Virus record (IMG/VR): IMGVR_UViG_3300044701_003269
Location: 32,001-96,000 of that record
DNA from: a virus
Length of the DNA: 64,000 nucleotides
Direction: 5' to 3' (one strand)
Shown here: positions 17,870 to 28,068 of the stretch, piece after piece
Layout of the letters: each line of letters begins with the position of its first letter
How positions within the stretch are numbered: the stretch's first letter is position 1
Program-made: the position numbers and the translations under genes
The notes under the pieces: model-generated
What the model saw: only the letters and a program-made list of their open reading frames with translations
The model's database searches: none
What the model was told of the DNA's origin: nothing

Positions 17870-18589
17870 ATGCCTTTACCAAAGATTTCTACACCAACAT
17901 ATGAGTTGGAATTGCCTTCTACCGGACAAAAAGTAACTTACAGACCATTTCTAGTAAGAGAAGAGAAACTATTAGTTCTTGCACTAGAATCAGAAGATAC
18001 AAAACAGATTACCTCAGCGATTAAGAGTGTAATTAAGAACTGTATTAATACAAAAGGTATCAAGGTCGAATCACTTCCGACATTTGATATCGAATATCTT
18101 TTCTTAAACATTCGCGGCAAGTCTGTTGGGGAAGAGATTGAAGTTAATGTCATCTGCCCTGATGATGAGGAAACTTATGTTCCAGTAACTCTCAATATTG
18201 ATGATATTAAAGTTCAAAAAGATGAGAACCACAGCAATAAAATTCAAGTAGATGATAGTATTGTGATGGAAATGAAGTATCCTTCACTTGAGGAGTTTAT
18301 TAGAAATAACTTTGACTTTAGTGAAGATACTACAATGGAGCAGTCTTTTGAATTGATTGCTTCTTGTGTTGATAAAATTTACACAGAAGAAGAAGTATGG
18401 TCTGCTTCTGATGTTACCAAAAAGGAACTAATGGAGTTCCTAGATCAAATGAACTCAATTCAATTTAAGCAGATTGAGAAGTTCTTTGAGACAATGCCTA
18501 AGCTTTCTCATACAGTTGAAGTTACAAATCCAAATACAAAAGTGAAGAGCGAAGTTGTTCTTGAGGGTCTTTCAAGTTTTTTCGCATAG
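17870..18589 (+). CDS. gp26: baseplate hub subunit / assembly chaperone
   Basis: MPLPKI..PTY, YRPFLVREEK, DIEYLFLNIRGKSVGE, FFETMPKL. Confidence 0.88.
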   Translation: MPLPKISTPTYELELPSTGQKVTYRPFLVREEKLLVLALESEDTKQITSAIKSVIKNCINTKGIKVESLPTFDIEYLFLNIRGKSVGEEIEVNVICPDDEETYVPVTLNIDDIKVQKDENHSNKIQVDDSIVMEMKYPSLEEFIRNNFDFSEDTTMEQSFELIASCVDKIYTEEEVWSASDVTKKELMEFLDQMNSIQFKQIEKFFETMPKLSHTVEVTNPNTKVKSEVVLEGLSSFFA

Positions 18590-18591
18590 CA

Positions 18592-18768
18592 ATGGTCCAT
18601 ATGGACCTTGAAAATTATTATAAACTCAACTTTGCTTTGATGCAGTATCATAAATATTCATTATGGGAAATTGAAGGATTGATACCCTGGGAAAGGGATG
18701 TTTATGTTGCAATGTTAAAGAATTATTTGGAAGAAGAAAAAGCAAAGCAGCAGCAAAATGGGACCTGA
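18592..18768 (+). CDS. gp51: baseplate hub assembly catalyst (58 aa)
   Basis: Translated by hand: MVHMDLENYYKLNFALMQYHKYSLWEIEGLIPWERDVYVAMLKNYLEEEK...; missing from the ORF track. Confidence 0.8.
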   Translation: MVHMDLENYYKLNFALMQYHKYSLWEIEGLIPWERDVYVAMLKNYLEEEKAKQQQNGT

Positions 18769-20968
18769 CGAACTCGATGACCTACTAAACAATAACGGAG
18801 CGGAATCTGGAAAAGGATCCGCTCTTGCTTTGTATGAAGGAACGAGAGAGGAGGACCTGGTTGATGAAGAGATTGATGAAAGGGTATTAGGACTTTTAGG
18901 ATTAGAAGATGTTTTTGATATTGACTACGGCACATACATAACTCTTCTCAAAGAAAGACTTGCAGCTTCTAGGAATTTTGAAAAGAAATTATCCTCTGAA
19001 GAAGATGAACTTCTTGTATCAGAGTTTAGAAGAGTAAAAGGTAAGGTTGGTAGATTTAAGTTAAAAAAAAGAAAAGTAACATCAGAAGATATTGGCGTAA
19101 CTGGCCCAATCAAAGTATCATCTAGTAAGTTTTTGCTTGCTGGTAAAGCAGTAATACCAGAAAGAGAAGCAACAGAATCTTCTAGTGATATTGCAGATAT
19201 TCAAAAATCACTTGATGCTATCCTTAAAACTCTCACTCTGCAGAATAAGGATAAGAAGAAAGCAAGTGAAGATGAGAGAAAGAAAAGTGAAGATAGAAGA
19301 AGAAGAGCAAGAGAAGGTGATTTAGAAAAACCACTGTCCCAATTAAAATCACTCGCTCAGAAAATCATTGCTCCAGCACAAGGAATACTTGACCGTATCT
19401 TTAGGTTTATTAAATTTACATTACTTGGTTATGCATTTAATCAATTAGTAAAGTGGTTTAGTGACCCCAAGAATGCAGAAAAGGTAAAAGTTCTTGGTAG
19501 ATTTCTAAAGGACTGGTGGCCTGCACTACTCTCTGCCTATGTATTATTTGCAACTCCTTTTGGTAAGTTTATAAGAGTAACTCTTAAACTGTTGAGAGGA
19601 TTTATTCCTCGAATAGCTAGGTTTATTGCAGCAAATCCTAAGGTATTTGCCACAGTTGCTCTAGTTGGAGGATCTGTTGTAGCTGGAACTTATCTAGAAT
19701 CTAGGTCAAGAGGAGTTGATGAAAACTTATTGCAGAGAAGAATTCAAGAATCAAAAGATCAGGGCAAACCATTATCAAAGGAAGATATTGAAAAAACTAG
19801 ATTAGAAAATTTACAAAAAAGAGTTGAAGATATTAGAGGGACTAACATACCAGGATCTGCTCTTGCTGGTGGAGGAATTGTTCCTAGACTTAGAGCTTTT
19901 ACTGGTGGAGCTCAAGTTAAAAAAGAAGTAGATGTAAAAGATATTCAACCCCAAAGTAATCTAATAACTGAGGATACTGGATTAAAAGTTAAAGGTGCTG
20001 GTCCGGATACTCAACTGGTTGCGGCAATGCCTGGAGAGGTTCTGATATCAAAAGAAGCAGTTGATACTTATGGTGCAAAATTCTTCTTAGATTTGAATAA
20101 GAAGGGTGGAGGAACTAATATTCCTAGAATGGTGAATAATATTCAACTTGCTGCTGGTGGTGGATTAATTAAGAAACCAATTAAGGCATATCAAGGCGGA
20201 GGAATGATTGGTGGTGGGAATTTGTTAAAAGGAATATATCCTGGGTATTCGCGTAGTGTTGGAGGAACCATGGCTTCCTCTGGTGGAATGGGTGGAAGTT
20301 CTAACCCTGCATCAATGTCACCGATGAAGATAAGTTCTCTCGGGGGAATGAGTGGTTCTAGTGGTGGAATGATGCGTGGTAGTGGGGGAATGAGTGGTTC
20401 TATTGGTGGAATGATGCGTGGTTCCATTGGTGGAGCAATGAGTGGTGCCGGTGCTTCTAGTGGTGGCGGAATGTCTATCAACAATTATAGACAATCTCAA
20501 AACACTTCTAATAATTTCTTTATGGGTTCTAGTGGTGCAGGAAACTCTAGTAGTTTAACTAACATAATGAATACAATTAAGAACACAAGTAATTACAAGT
20601 TACCATCTATATCCAGTAACACACAAGAATTTGGCAGTGATAGAAATAAATTATACTCACCTCAGACTGTAGCAACACTTTCTTCAAAAAATGTTTTAAA
20701 TCAAAGTGTGATAGGAAGTAAGACCCTTCCTAACATTCAACCAATCAATATATCTCCACCCCCAACCCTCCCTGTTGCTCCTGGGCCACCAGTAATTTAT
20801 ACAAAGACAACTTATACCATTCTTCCTCCAATTAAAGCCCCAAGTAAAGCACCACCTTCTGTTCCTAGAGGTTCCAAATTACCAGAATTTTCTGCATCAA
20901 GTAGCGGTGATTCTAGATCTAAGATCGCAACAGCATTGGGTATTACCGACTTAGTGGGGGTAGTATAG
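18758..20968 (+). CDS. tape-measure / baseplate hub-like virion protein
   Basis: Charged coiled-coil, amphipathic helices, PGE.LISKEAV..YG motif, GSM-rich linker; follows gp26/gp51. Confidence 0.6.
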   Translation: MGPDELDDLLNNNGAESGKGSALALYEGTREEDLVDEEIDERVLGLLGLEDVFDIDYGTYITLLKERLAASRNFEKKLSSEEDELLVSEFRRVKGKVGRFKLKKRKVTSEDIGVTGPIKVSSSKFLLAGKAVIPEREATESSSDIADIQKSLDAILKTLTLQNKDKKKASEDERKKSEDRRRRAREGDLEKPLSQLKSLAQKIIAPAQGILDRIFRFIKFTLLGYAFNQLVKWFSDPKNAEKVKVLGRFLKDWWPALLSAYVLFATPFGKFIRVTLKLLRGFIPRIARFIAANPKVFATVALVGGSVVAGTYLESRSRGVDENLLQRRIQESKDQGKPLSKEDIEKTRLENLQKRVEDIRGTNIPGSALAGGGIVPRLRAFTGGAQVKKEVDVKDIQPQSNLITEDTGLKVKGAGPDTQLVAAMPGEVLISKEAVDTYGAKFFLDLNKKGGGTNIPRMVNNIQLAAGGGLIKKPIKAYQGGGMIGGGNLLKGIYPGYSRSVGGTMASSGGMGGSSNPASMSPMKISSLGGMSGSSGGMMRGSGGMSGSIGGMMRGSIGGAMSGAGASSGGGMSINNYRQSQNTSNNFFMGSSGAGNSSSLTNIMNTIKNTSNYKLPSISSNTQEFGSDRNKLYSPQTVATLSSKNVLNQSVIGSKTLPNIQPINISPPPTLPVAPGPPVIYTKTTYTILPPIKAPSKAPPSVPRGSKLPEFSASSSGDSRSKIATALGITDLVGVV

Positions 20969-20969
20969 A

Positions 20970-23900
20970 ATGGCAACTATAGACGCTAAAAAACTACTAC
21001 CACCAAGTAAGAAAACTGCAGCGATAGAGAAACAAAAGTTTCTTGTGCCTCTGCAAAATATTTCTGTAAATAAAAAACCTGCTGGTGATTTAAGACCAGT
21101 AGATAAAGAAACAAAATCATCTGAAGATCTTTCAATTGTAAAGAAAAAGATTAACCAGTTAAGTCTTTTACTTAATGAAAGTTATTTAATTGAAAAGAAA
21201 GATAGGGAAGCAAGAAGAAAGGCAGAAGAAAGAAGAAAGTTCGAACAAAGAGAAAAAAATATTGAGAAGAAGGTAAAGAAAAATCAAGTATCTTCTAATC
21301 TAATACCATCGATTCCGGGTCAAAGTATTTTTGACAAGATTAATCGTTTTATTGGATTTACTCTACTTGGATACTTGTTTAATAACTATGGAAAAATTCT
21401 TCCAAAACTTTTGGAATTTGGAAGTGTTTTGAAACCAGTTGGAGAATTTGTTGAAAGTTTTGCTAAAAATCTTCTTAAGGGTGCAATTGATTTTGTTGAG
21501 TTTGGTTATAAAGCATACGACCAGACAAGAGATTTTGTTAAACAAGTCGGTGGTGAAGGAGCACAGAAAACATTTGATGAGTTTTCTAAGAACTTAAATC
21601 TTTTATTGAATGGTGCTATAGCAGCTTCAATGTTGGTTGCAAGCACATCTCCCGGAAGACCTGGTAGACCTGGAAAACCTGGAAGAATGCCTGGTGGGAA
21701 ATCACCATCTTTACCAAGGAATGCAAAACTTTCTTCATATTTGGGAAGAGACGCTCAAACCAAATTAATCGAGAGAAGATATGGCAATGATGCAGCAAGA
21801 ATGTATGAGGCAAGAAAGTCTCAAGGTGCATCGGCAAGTCGTGCTCGTGCTGACGTTCTTAAAAGGTTTGATAAATTTGAAGGACCACAAAGAGGTCTCG
21901 CTGGGGGAACCGGAAAAGGTTCAATTCTATCTCGCGGATTTGGTAAGTCTGCAAATAGAGCTGCTCTTAAGGTTCTTGGTAAGACGGGAACAAGAATTGC
22001 AAAGGGTGTATTTGGTAGAGTTCCTATCATTGGTGGTTTGTTAGACTTTGCATTCTCTCTTGCTATGGGAGAGAACCCAGGAAGAGCAGCAGCAAAAGCA
22101 GTCGGTGCTACTGTTGGTTCTGCTTTAGGGACATTAATTCCTATTCCTGGAGTTGGAACTATTGCTGGTGGTATTCTTGGTGATATAGTTGGTGGAGCAA
22201 TGTATGATGCTTTAGTTGGAAGTAAGAAACCACAAGGTCGTGCAGAAGGTGGCCAAATATCTGGAGGAGGTCAAAAGTCAGTTGCTACTTCGAGAAGAAT
22301 AAAAACAACTACAAGAAAAGCACCTCCAAGAATTCAACCACAAAAGACCCAACCAGGAAAAGATGTTGGTGGAAAACTGAAGATTGAAGAACTCTATGGT
22401 AAGGATGAACCAGGACAAAGAAGTGCATTAAGAGCACTTCGTAAGAGTTCTGAGGATGCTAAAAAGATAAAATCTATTAATGGTCTTGTTGGTTCAATGT
22501 TTGGTGCTGGTATTGATCTGGCATTAGGACAAAGACCAGATAAAAATTTACCAAAAAATCTTGGAAACATTTTTGGTTCTGTAATTTCTTCTGCAATTGA
22601 TATGGAACTCAACAAATCTTTTGGTGATATTTCTAAGACTATTGCAATGGCAGGCGGTGGTGCTGTCCCTTCAAGAGAAATCGGAAGACAATTGAGTATT
22701 GGTGAAAGGATTGGTAGTTTTATTTCAAGAGCACTTGCGATTTCTATTGAGAGCTCTGCTACAAGAATACTTCAGAATTTACGTAATGAGATGAATATGG
22801 AAGGTGATGGAACTGGAGATGGTGATGGTGGTGGGGGTGGTGATGGAGGCGGTGGAGGCGAAATCCCAGGCGATGCTCCCCCAGAAGTTAAGGCAATGCT
22901 TGAAGCAATTTCTGCTGGGGAAGGAAGTTGGGATTCTGTAAATCCATCAACAACAGTACCTGGATTAAGCAATATGACAATTGCCGATGCTCGTAAAGCT
23001 GCAATAGCAAAGGGCATAAATCAACTTGGCGGATCTGGCGCTATGGGTAAGTGGCAGCAAATGCCAGATTTCATTCTCGGAAGAGCAAGAGATTCGGGGT
23101 TAGACCCAAATAAAGATAAATTTACTCCGGAAAATCAAACTAAAATTGCTAGAATGTTGATGGCCTCTGTTTATCCTGGAGGTGAGGCGCAACTAGTTAA
23201 AGACGCTCAGAAAGATCCAATGTCTGCCGCTGCAAAGTTAAGAGGGACTTGGCCTTCTTTGCCCGGAGGAAGGCAAGCAAATACTACAGAGAAGCAATTT
23301 AGAGAAAATTTTGCAAAAGCACTACAAACATATAAATCGCCAACTGCGAAACCAACAAAAGGAGCATGGGCAGCAGTTCTTCCAAGGGGTAATCCAGTTC
23401 TTAATGAGGGATTTGGTTATTCTGCCTGGAGGGGTAGAGTACATGAGGGTATTGATCTTGGCGTAGATGCTAACTCGCCAGTAACCGCATTGGCAGATGG
23501 AAAAGTTGTTGATATTTATAGAAATTTTGGCACGCATGGCGATGCAGTTTTAGTTCAGCAATCTGATGGAAATGTAATGGTATATGGTCATGTTAATGCT
23601 AAAGTTAGGATAGGAGATCCGATTAAAAAAGGACAAACTATTGCTACTGTGAAATACTGGTTACAAAGAGGTAGAGATAATACACATTTGCACTTGGAAA
23701 GACGTATTGGAAGTTCAACTGGAAGAGCTGTAGATCCAACTGGGTATTTGAATTCGCTAGTACCAAAACCAGCATCAGGTATCGCAGCAGCACCAGGAAC
23801 TAAAGTATCATTTAATGGAACTACCTTTTTTAAAGGAACTAATGGTAAGTATTATAAAATGGGACGTGGAAATGTTCCAGTTGAAGTTGATAAAGGAACT

Positions 23901-24104
23901 TATGATAGTGCAAAGTCTGGTGGAACATTGATTTCTTCTTTACAGCAAAGACCACCGGCATCACTAGCACCATCACCACCAGCAGTTGCATCATTGAATA
24001 GGTCTGGAGTTTTGGAAACAGACACAAGCAATATGATTGCAGTAGTAAAAGAAAACTATTATCTCCAGGAAATTATAACTCCAAGTCCAACACAAGTAGC
24101 GTAA
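20970..24104 (+). CDS. tape-measure-like virion protein with lysozyme-like and M23 peptidase domains
   Basis: AMLEAISAGEG...GAMGKWQ...FTPENQ (lambda-lysozyme-like); HEGIDLG, YGHV, HLHLE (M23). Confidence 0.8.
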   Translation: MATIDAKKLLPPSKKTAAIEKQKFLVPLQNISVNKKPAGDLRPVDKETKSSEDLSIVKKKINQLSLLLNESYLIEKKDREARRKAEERRKFEQREKNIEKKVKKNQVSSNLIPSIPGQSIFDKINRFIGFTLLGYLFNNYGKILPKLLEFGSVLKPVGEFVESFAKNLLKGAIDFVEFGYKAYDQTRDFVKQVGGEGAQKTFDEFSKNLNLLLNGAIAASMLVASTSPGRPGRPGKPGRMPGGKSPSLPRNAKLSSYLGRDAQTKLIERRYGNDAARMYEARKSQGASASRARADVLKRFDKFEGPQRGLAGGTGKGSILSRGFGKSANRAALKVLGKTGTRIAKGVFGRVPIIGGLLDFAFSLAMGENPGRAAAKAVGATVGSALGTLIPIPGVGTIAGGILGDIVGGAMYDALVGSKKPQGRAEGGQISGGGQKSVATSRRIKTTTRKAPPRIQPQKTQPGKDVGGKLKIEELYGKDEPGQRSALRALRKSSEDAKKIKSINGLVGSMFGAGIDLALGQRPDKNLPKNLGNIFGSVISSAIDMELNKSFGDISKTIAMAGGGAVPSREIGRQLSIGERIGSFISRALAISIESSATRILQNLRNEMNMEGDGTGDGDGGGGGDGGGGGEIPGDAPPEVKAMLEAISAGEGSWDSVNPSTTVPGLSNMTIADARKAAIAKGINQLGGSGAMGKWQQMPDFILGRARDSGLDPNKDKFTPENQTKIARMLMASVYPGGEAQLVKDAQKDPMSAAAKLRGTWPSLPGGRQANTTEKQFRENFAKALQTYKSPTAKPTKGAWAAVLPRGNPVLNEGFGYSAWRGRVHEGIDLGVDANSPVTALADGKVVDIYRNFGTHGDAVLVQQSDGNVMVYGHVNAKVRIGDPIKKGQTIATVKYWLQRGRDNTHLHLERRIGSSTGRAVDPTGYLNSLVPKPASGIAAAPGTKVSFNGTTFFKGTNGKYYKMGRGNVPVEVDKGTYDSAKSGGTLISSLQQRPPASLAPSPPAVASLNRSGVLETDTSNMIAVVKENYYLQEIITPSPTQVA

Positions 24105-24128
24105 ATAGTAATACGGTAAGTAAAAATT

Positions 24129-25403
24129 ATGACGGGAAGTAAGCAAGCAGCAACTACTGATATATTCGAAATAAGTTCCAACTCTGGTGGGGATTCTTTT
24201 GATGTAAGAGCTGGTGCTCCTAGAATTGAATATCGTGAGAGTATGATTGATAATACTATTCGTCTCACTGCAGCAATCGTTGATACGGGACAATCCTCAA
24301 GTTCTGTATCAGAAGCTTTAAAACTTCAAGGTGGCGAAAAAGTTTTGTTTAAATATACCGATGCTGCAGGAAATGTTTTAGATTTTTCTGATGAAAATGC
24401 TTTAAGACTATCAAATAAAAGTCTTGAGATACGGTCATTTAAATCATCAAGTTTTATCGCTCAGGTTGTATCTAAGGAATTTCTTGATAATAAACTTTTA
24501 AAGAACAGAGTTACAAAGAGATATAGTGGAAAGATATCACAGACAGTTGAAAGTATTTTACGAGATGATTTAAAGACTGATAAGGATTTAGATATTAGTG
24601 AAACTCTTAATACTTTTTCTGATTTTGGATTAAGAAAAGAACCTTTTGATGTTATTCTTCAACTCCAACAAATATCAATTCCTACTGTAGGAGGAAAAAC
24701 TGCAGGGTTTTTCTTCTGGCAAACTTCAAAGGGATTTCATTTTAAGTCTGCTGATGAAATTTTTAATGGCACTCCAATTAAAACATATGTTTATAATTTT
24801 AAAAGTGAAAGAGAGGAAGTTCCTGTAGGTTATGATGATAAAATTTTAGATGCAAATTATGTACGAGTTGCAGATGTAGAGAAGCAACTCGACAATAATG
24901 CATTTGGAACAGTTACAGAAACTTTTAACCCTAGTAATTTAGAATTTGCTAAAGAAACTCCATTACTTGCAGAGGGTGCTGGTAAGATTCTAGCAGGCAA
25001 TGATTTGCCAAACTATAGCGATTACACAGGAGAAGCAACAGATTTTTTTGCTACACCAATATCAGTTGGTAATGCATTTGGAACTGGAGATTCTCTGGAG
25101 CAACAACTTGAAAAATCGAAAATAGAAAATGTTAATATCAAAGAAACTTTAGGGCAAGCAATACAAAATTATAGACAAAGATTAAACTTTATGATTGAAG
25201 TTAAAATACCAGGAGATTTTAGTTTAAAGGCAGGTGATATTATACGGTGCGATTTACCAGAATTGAGTTCGAAGACCACTCCGGAATTAAGTCCTTTAGA
25301 TAGTGGCATATATATGATATTAGAGTTATGTCATTACATTTCTCCTACACAAACTTACACTGGATTGGTTTTGGTTAGAGACTCTTTTGGTGTAAAGGCT
25401 TAA
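24129..25403 (+). CDS. baseplate hub / tail protein (gp27-like)
   Basis: Y.ES, FFFWQT.KGFHFKS, IPGDFSLKAGD, SGIYMI..LCH. Confidence 0.65.
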   Translation: MTGSKQAATTDIFEISSNSGGDSFDVRAGAPRIEYRESMIDNTIRLTAAIVDTGQSSSSVSEALKLQGGEKVLFKYTDAAGNVLDFSDENALRLSNKSLEIRSFKSSSFIAQVVSKEFLDNKLLKNRVTKRYSGKISQTVESILRDDLKTDKDLDISETLNTFSDFGLRKEPFDVILQLQQISIPTVGGKTAGFFFWQTSKGFHFKSADEIFNGTPIKTYVYNFKSEREEVPVGYDDKILDANYVRVADVEKQLDNNAFGTVTETFNPSNLEFAKETPLLAEGAGKILAGNDLPNYSDYTGEATDFFATPISVGNAFGTGDSLEQQLEKSKIENVNIKETLGQAIQNYRQRLNFMIEVKIPGDFSLKAGDIIRCDLPELSSKTTPELSPLDSGIYMILELCHYISPTQTYTGLVLVRDSFGVKA

Positions 25404-25414
25404 GGTAAACAACA

Positions 25415-25627
25415 ATGGAAAAATCACTTCAACAACACATTAATGATGACCGCGATGAACTTGATAATCCAAATACAAGTGGCCAACGTCGTCGTCACTT
25501 AGAAGATGAACTTGATGCTCTGGAGCAATATCAAGTTAATCATCCCGATGAAGATAAAGATCCAAACCCATTAGAATTGTATTGTGATACCCATCCAGAT
25601 GCACTTGAATGTAGAGTTTACGAATGA
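25415..25627 (+). CDS. cp12: CP12 Calvin-cycle regulator
   Basis: C-terminal PLELYCDTHPDALECRVYE (C-x8-C); QRRRH..DEL. Confidence 0.92.
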   Translation: MEKSLQQHINDDRDELDNPNTSGQRRRHLEDELDALEQYQVNHPDEDKDPNPLELYCDTHPDALECRVYE

Positions 25628-28068
25628 CTAGTTATATTAGAGGAACCATACCATCTTCTGTTTTAATAAAAAGATTTATAGGTATCGGCCAAATATCTAC
25701 AGATACCTATGAAAAATATTGTATTCCTGACCGTGGAGGTGAGAAAGGGAAGGATGCAAAAGGTTGGTCTGAAAAATATAAGGTTCGCATGTGTTTTTTG
25801 AATTCTGAGGAAACACCAGATAATGATTTGCTAATAGTAGAAAGAGAAACCAATTTTCCTTCAGGGCAAGCTGCAGTACAAATGTATATGCCACTGGCTC
25901 CTGGCACTAATGTTGAGGTTTATGGGTATTCTTATGGAGAGGGCCCCATTTTTCGATATGTAATGGGTTTTCCAATTACTAATCCCTTATGTGCTTTTGA
26001 AAAAAATAAAGATGGTAAGGATAATAAGGGTTGCAAACCAGTATCTGGATTTATTCCGGGATCAGGGCAATTCACAAGAGTTCCCTCATCCAATATTGAT
26101 GGTTCCGATATTGTAAACTTAGCAGGTGCTGGAGCAGATTGTAAATTCTCACAATCCGATAAAGATCTTGATAAACTAAAAGCGAATTTTTTTGTTCCCC
26201 CTGCTTGTAAACCTTTTGACAGCAGCGCGATTAATAGCACAATTAAAAATCTAAAGAAAGATATTGAAGGACTAAAAGAAAGAATTAATGGACCAGATAG
26301 TGCTTTGTCTGATGCAGAAACTTTTCTAAGAGAAAAGCAAGCAATTATTGATGGTTTTGCTGATAAAATAACAGGATATATTAAGTGGTTAGTTGGATTT
26401 ATAAAAGAGATTGTAACTAGAGGGGTTAATTGGGCTGTAAATAAAGCAAAAGCAGCAGCGTTTTTAAATCAAAGGATACCTTTACAAGAGAAGAAAGCAA
26501 AAGCAATAGATTTAATTCTCTGTTTGTTTAATAAAATTATTGATAACCTAGCTAAGATAGTTGCAGACTTCTTGAAGTCTGCAGTTGATCGTTATGTCAA
26601 CGTAGCAGCATGTGCTATTGAAAAGTTTCTTACCGAACTAGTCGGACAAATTATCGGACAAATACTAGGGGCAGTAAGTGGAATCATTAGTGCTGTTCTT
26701 GGAGCTATTAGTGCAGTTAAGGGATTAATTAATTCTATTCTTGATTCAATTTCATCTCTTTTAGATTTTCTTACTTGTGATGTAGTAGCAGAGTGTGCTG
26801 AAGTTACTGAGTGGAGCCCACTTGAAGGTGCAAAATCATCTGCTGTTTCTTTGAATGTTGGTGGAATTATAAATTCTGCCAAATCTGTTATTTCTTCTTT
26901 TGATTCCATTGCATCATCAATCAACCCTAGTAATTTTAATTTAAATATTGATATCAATTCATTAATTTCGGATGTTGCAGATTCTTGTAATGTTGGACCA
27001 TTATTATGCGGACCTCCGAGTATCAACTTCCTCGGAGGAGGTGGAGGGCAAGGAGCATCTGCAAATGCTGTAATAGGTGCTGCTGGTGAAATTTTGGGTA
27101 TTGATGTAGTCGGAACGGGATTCGGATATACAAGAGCACCTATTGTAAGTATCGAAGATTCTTGTGGAAGAGGTAGAGGAGCTACTGCTGTTGCGCGGGT
27201 TGGTAGAGTTCCTTATGTTCCACCACCAGGTGGTGGTGAAGGTGAAACAGGTGGTGGAGGAACTGGAACCGGCGGTGGAGGTGCAGGAACTGGAGCGGGA
27301 ACAGGAACAGGTGCCGGAGGTGCGGGAGGCACTGGAACTGGTGCTGGAGGCACTGGGACAGGGACAGGTGGTGCTGGAGGCGCCGGTGGAGGAACTGGGA
27401 CTGGTGAAACTGGTTCAAGACCAAGACCTGGAGATATTGTTGATGGTATTATAGATGTTATAATAATTGAAAATGGATTTGGTTATCTACAAAAACCAGA
27501 TGGTAGTTTGGGAGGAGATGGAAGAACATGGGCTGACAGATGTAGAACAAAAGTTAGAAGAGACAATGGAGTTTGGGAGTTCCCATATAATCCAGGAGAA
27601 ACGGTGGAGATACGGGTTGGTGATTTAGTTCAATTTCCTGGAGATACTGCTTTCACTGCAACAGAAAATTCTTCAATAACTGCACCACCTTGCCCTCCTG
27701 AAGATGCAGTTGTTAAAGATCCATCATCTTCAAATGGAACTTTCCCTGTTGTATTGGAACTTGTTGATACTGAAATTTTAGATCCTGGATTTGGTTTTGT
27801 AGATGGAGAACCTATCACTGTCACTCCAAGTAATGGCGCAGAATTAGTTCCAAAGATAGGCAATAACGGACAAATCACAGGTATCGATGTTGTTAGAACT
27901 GGTATTGGTTTTACTGCCATCCCTGAAATCAATATAGATAGTCTGAATGGTTATAATGCAGTTATTAGACCAGTGTTTAAAGTTGTTAAAGGTGAAAGTG
28001 TGAGAAGACTGAGAGAAAGAGGTGTGTTGACTGTTGATGTAGTTGATTGTGTAGGAAAACCATTATGA
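25624..28068 (+). CDS. gp5: gp5-like baseplate hub/spike protein
   Basis: N-terminal YKVR/OB-like region, helical middle, G.GY..AP repeats, VVDCVGK end; synteny. Confidence 0.6.
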   Translation: MTSYIRGTIPSSVLIKRFIGIGQISTDTYEKYCIPDRGGEKGKDAKGWSEKYKVRMCFLNSEETPDNDLLIVERETNFPSGQAAVQMYMPLAPGTNVEVYGYSYGEGPIFRYVMGFPITNPLCAFEKNKDGKDNKGCKPVSGFIPGSGQFTRVPSSNIDGSDIVNLAGAGADCKFSQSDKDLDKLKANFFVPPACKPFDSSAINSTIKNLKKDIEGLKERINGPDSALSDAETFLREKQAIIDGFADKITGYIKWLVGFIKEIVTRGVNWAVNKAKAAAFLNQRIPLQEKKAKAIDLILCLFNKIIDNLAKIVADFLKSAVDRYVNVAACAIEKFLTELVGQIIGQILGAVSGIISAVLGAISAVKGLINSILDSISSLLDFLTCDVVAECAEVTEWSPLEGAKSSAVSLNVGGIINSAKSVISSFDSIASSINPSNFNLNIDINSLISDVADSCNVGPLLCGPPSINFLGGGGGQGASANAVIGAAGEILGIDVVGTGFGYTRAPIVSIEDSCGRGRGATAVARVGRVPYVPPPGGGEGETGGGGTGTGGGGAGTGAGTGTGAGGAGGTGTGAGGTGTGTGGAGGAGGGTGTGETGSRPRPGDIVDGIIDVIIIENGFGYLQKPDGSLGGDGRTWADRCRTKVRRDNGVWEFPYNPGETVEIRVGDLVQFPGDTAFTATENSSITAPPCPPEDAVVKDPSSSNGTFPVVLELVDTEILDPGFGFVDGEPITVTPSNGAELVPKIGNNGQITGIDVVRTGIGFTAIPEINIDSLNGYNAVIRPVFKVVKGESVRRLRERGVLTVDVVDCVGKPL

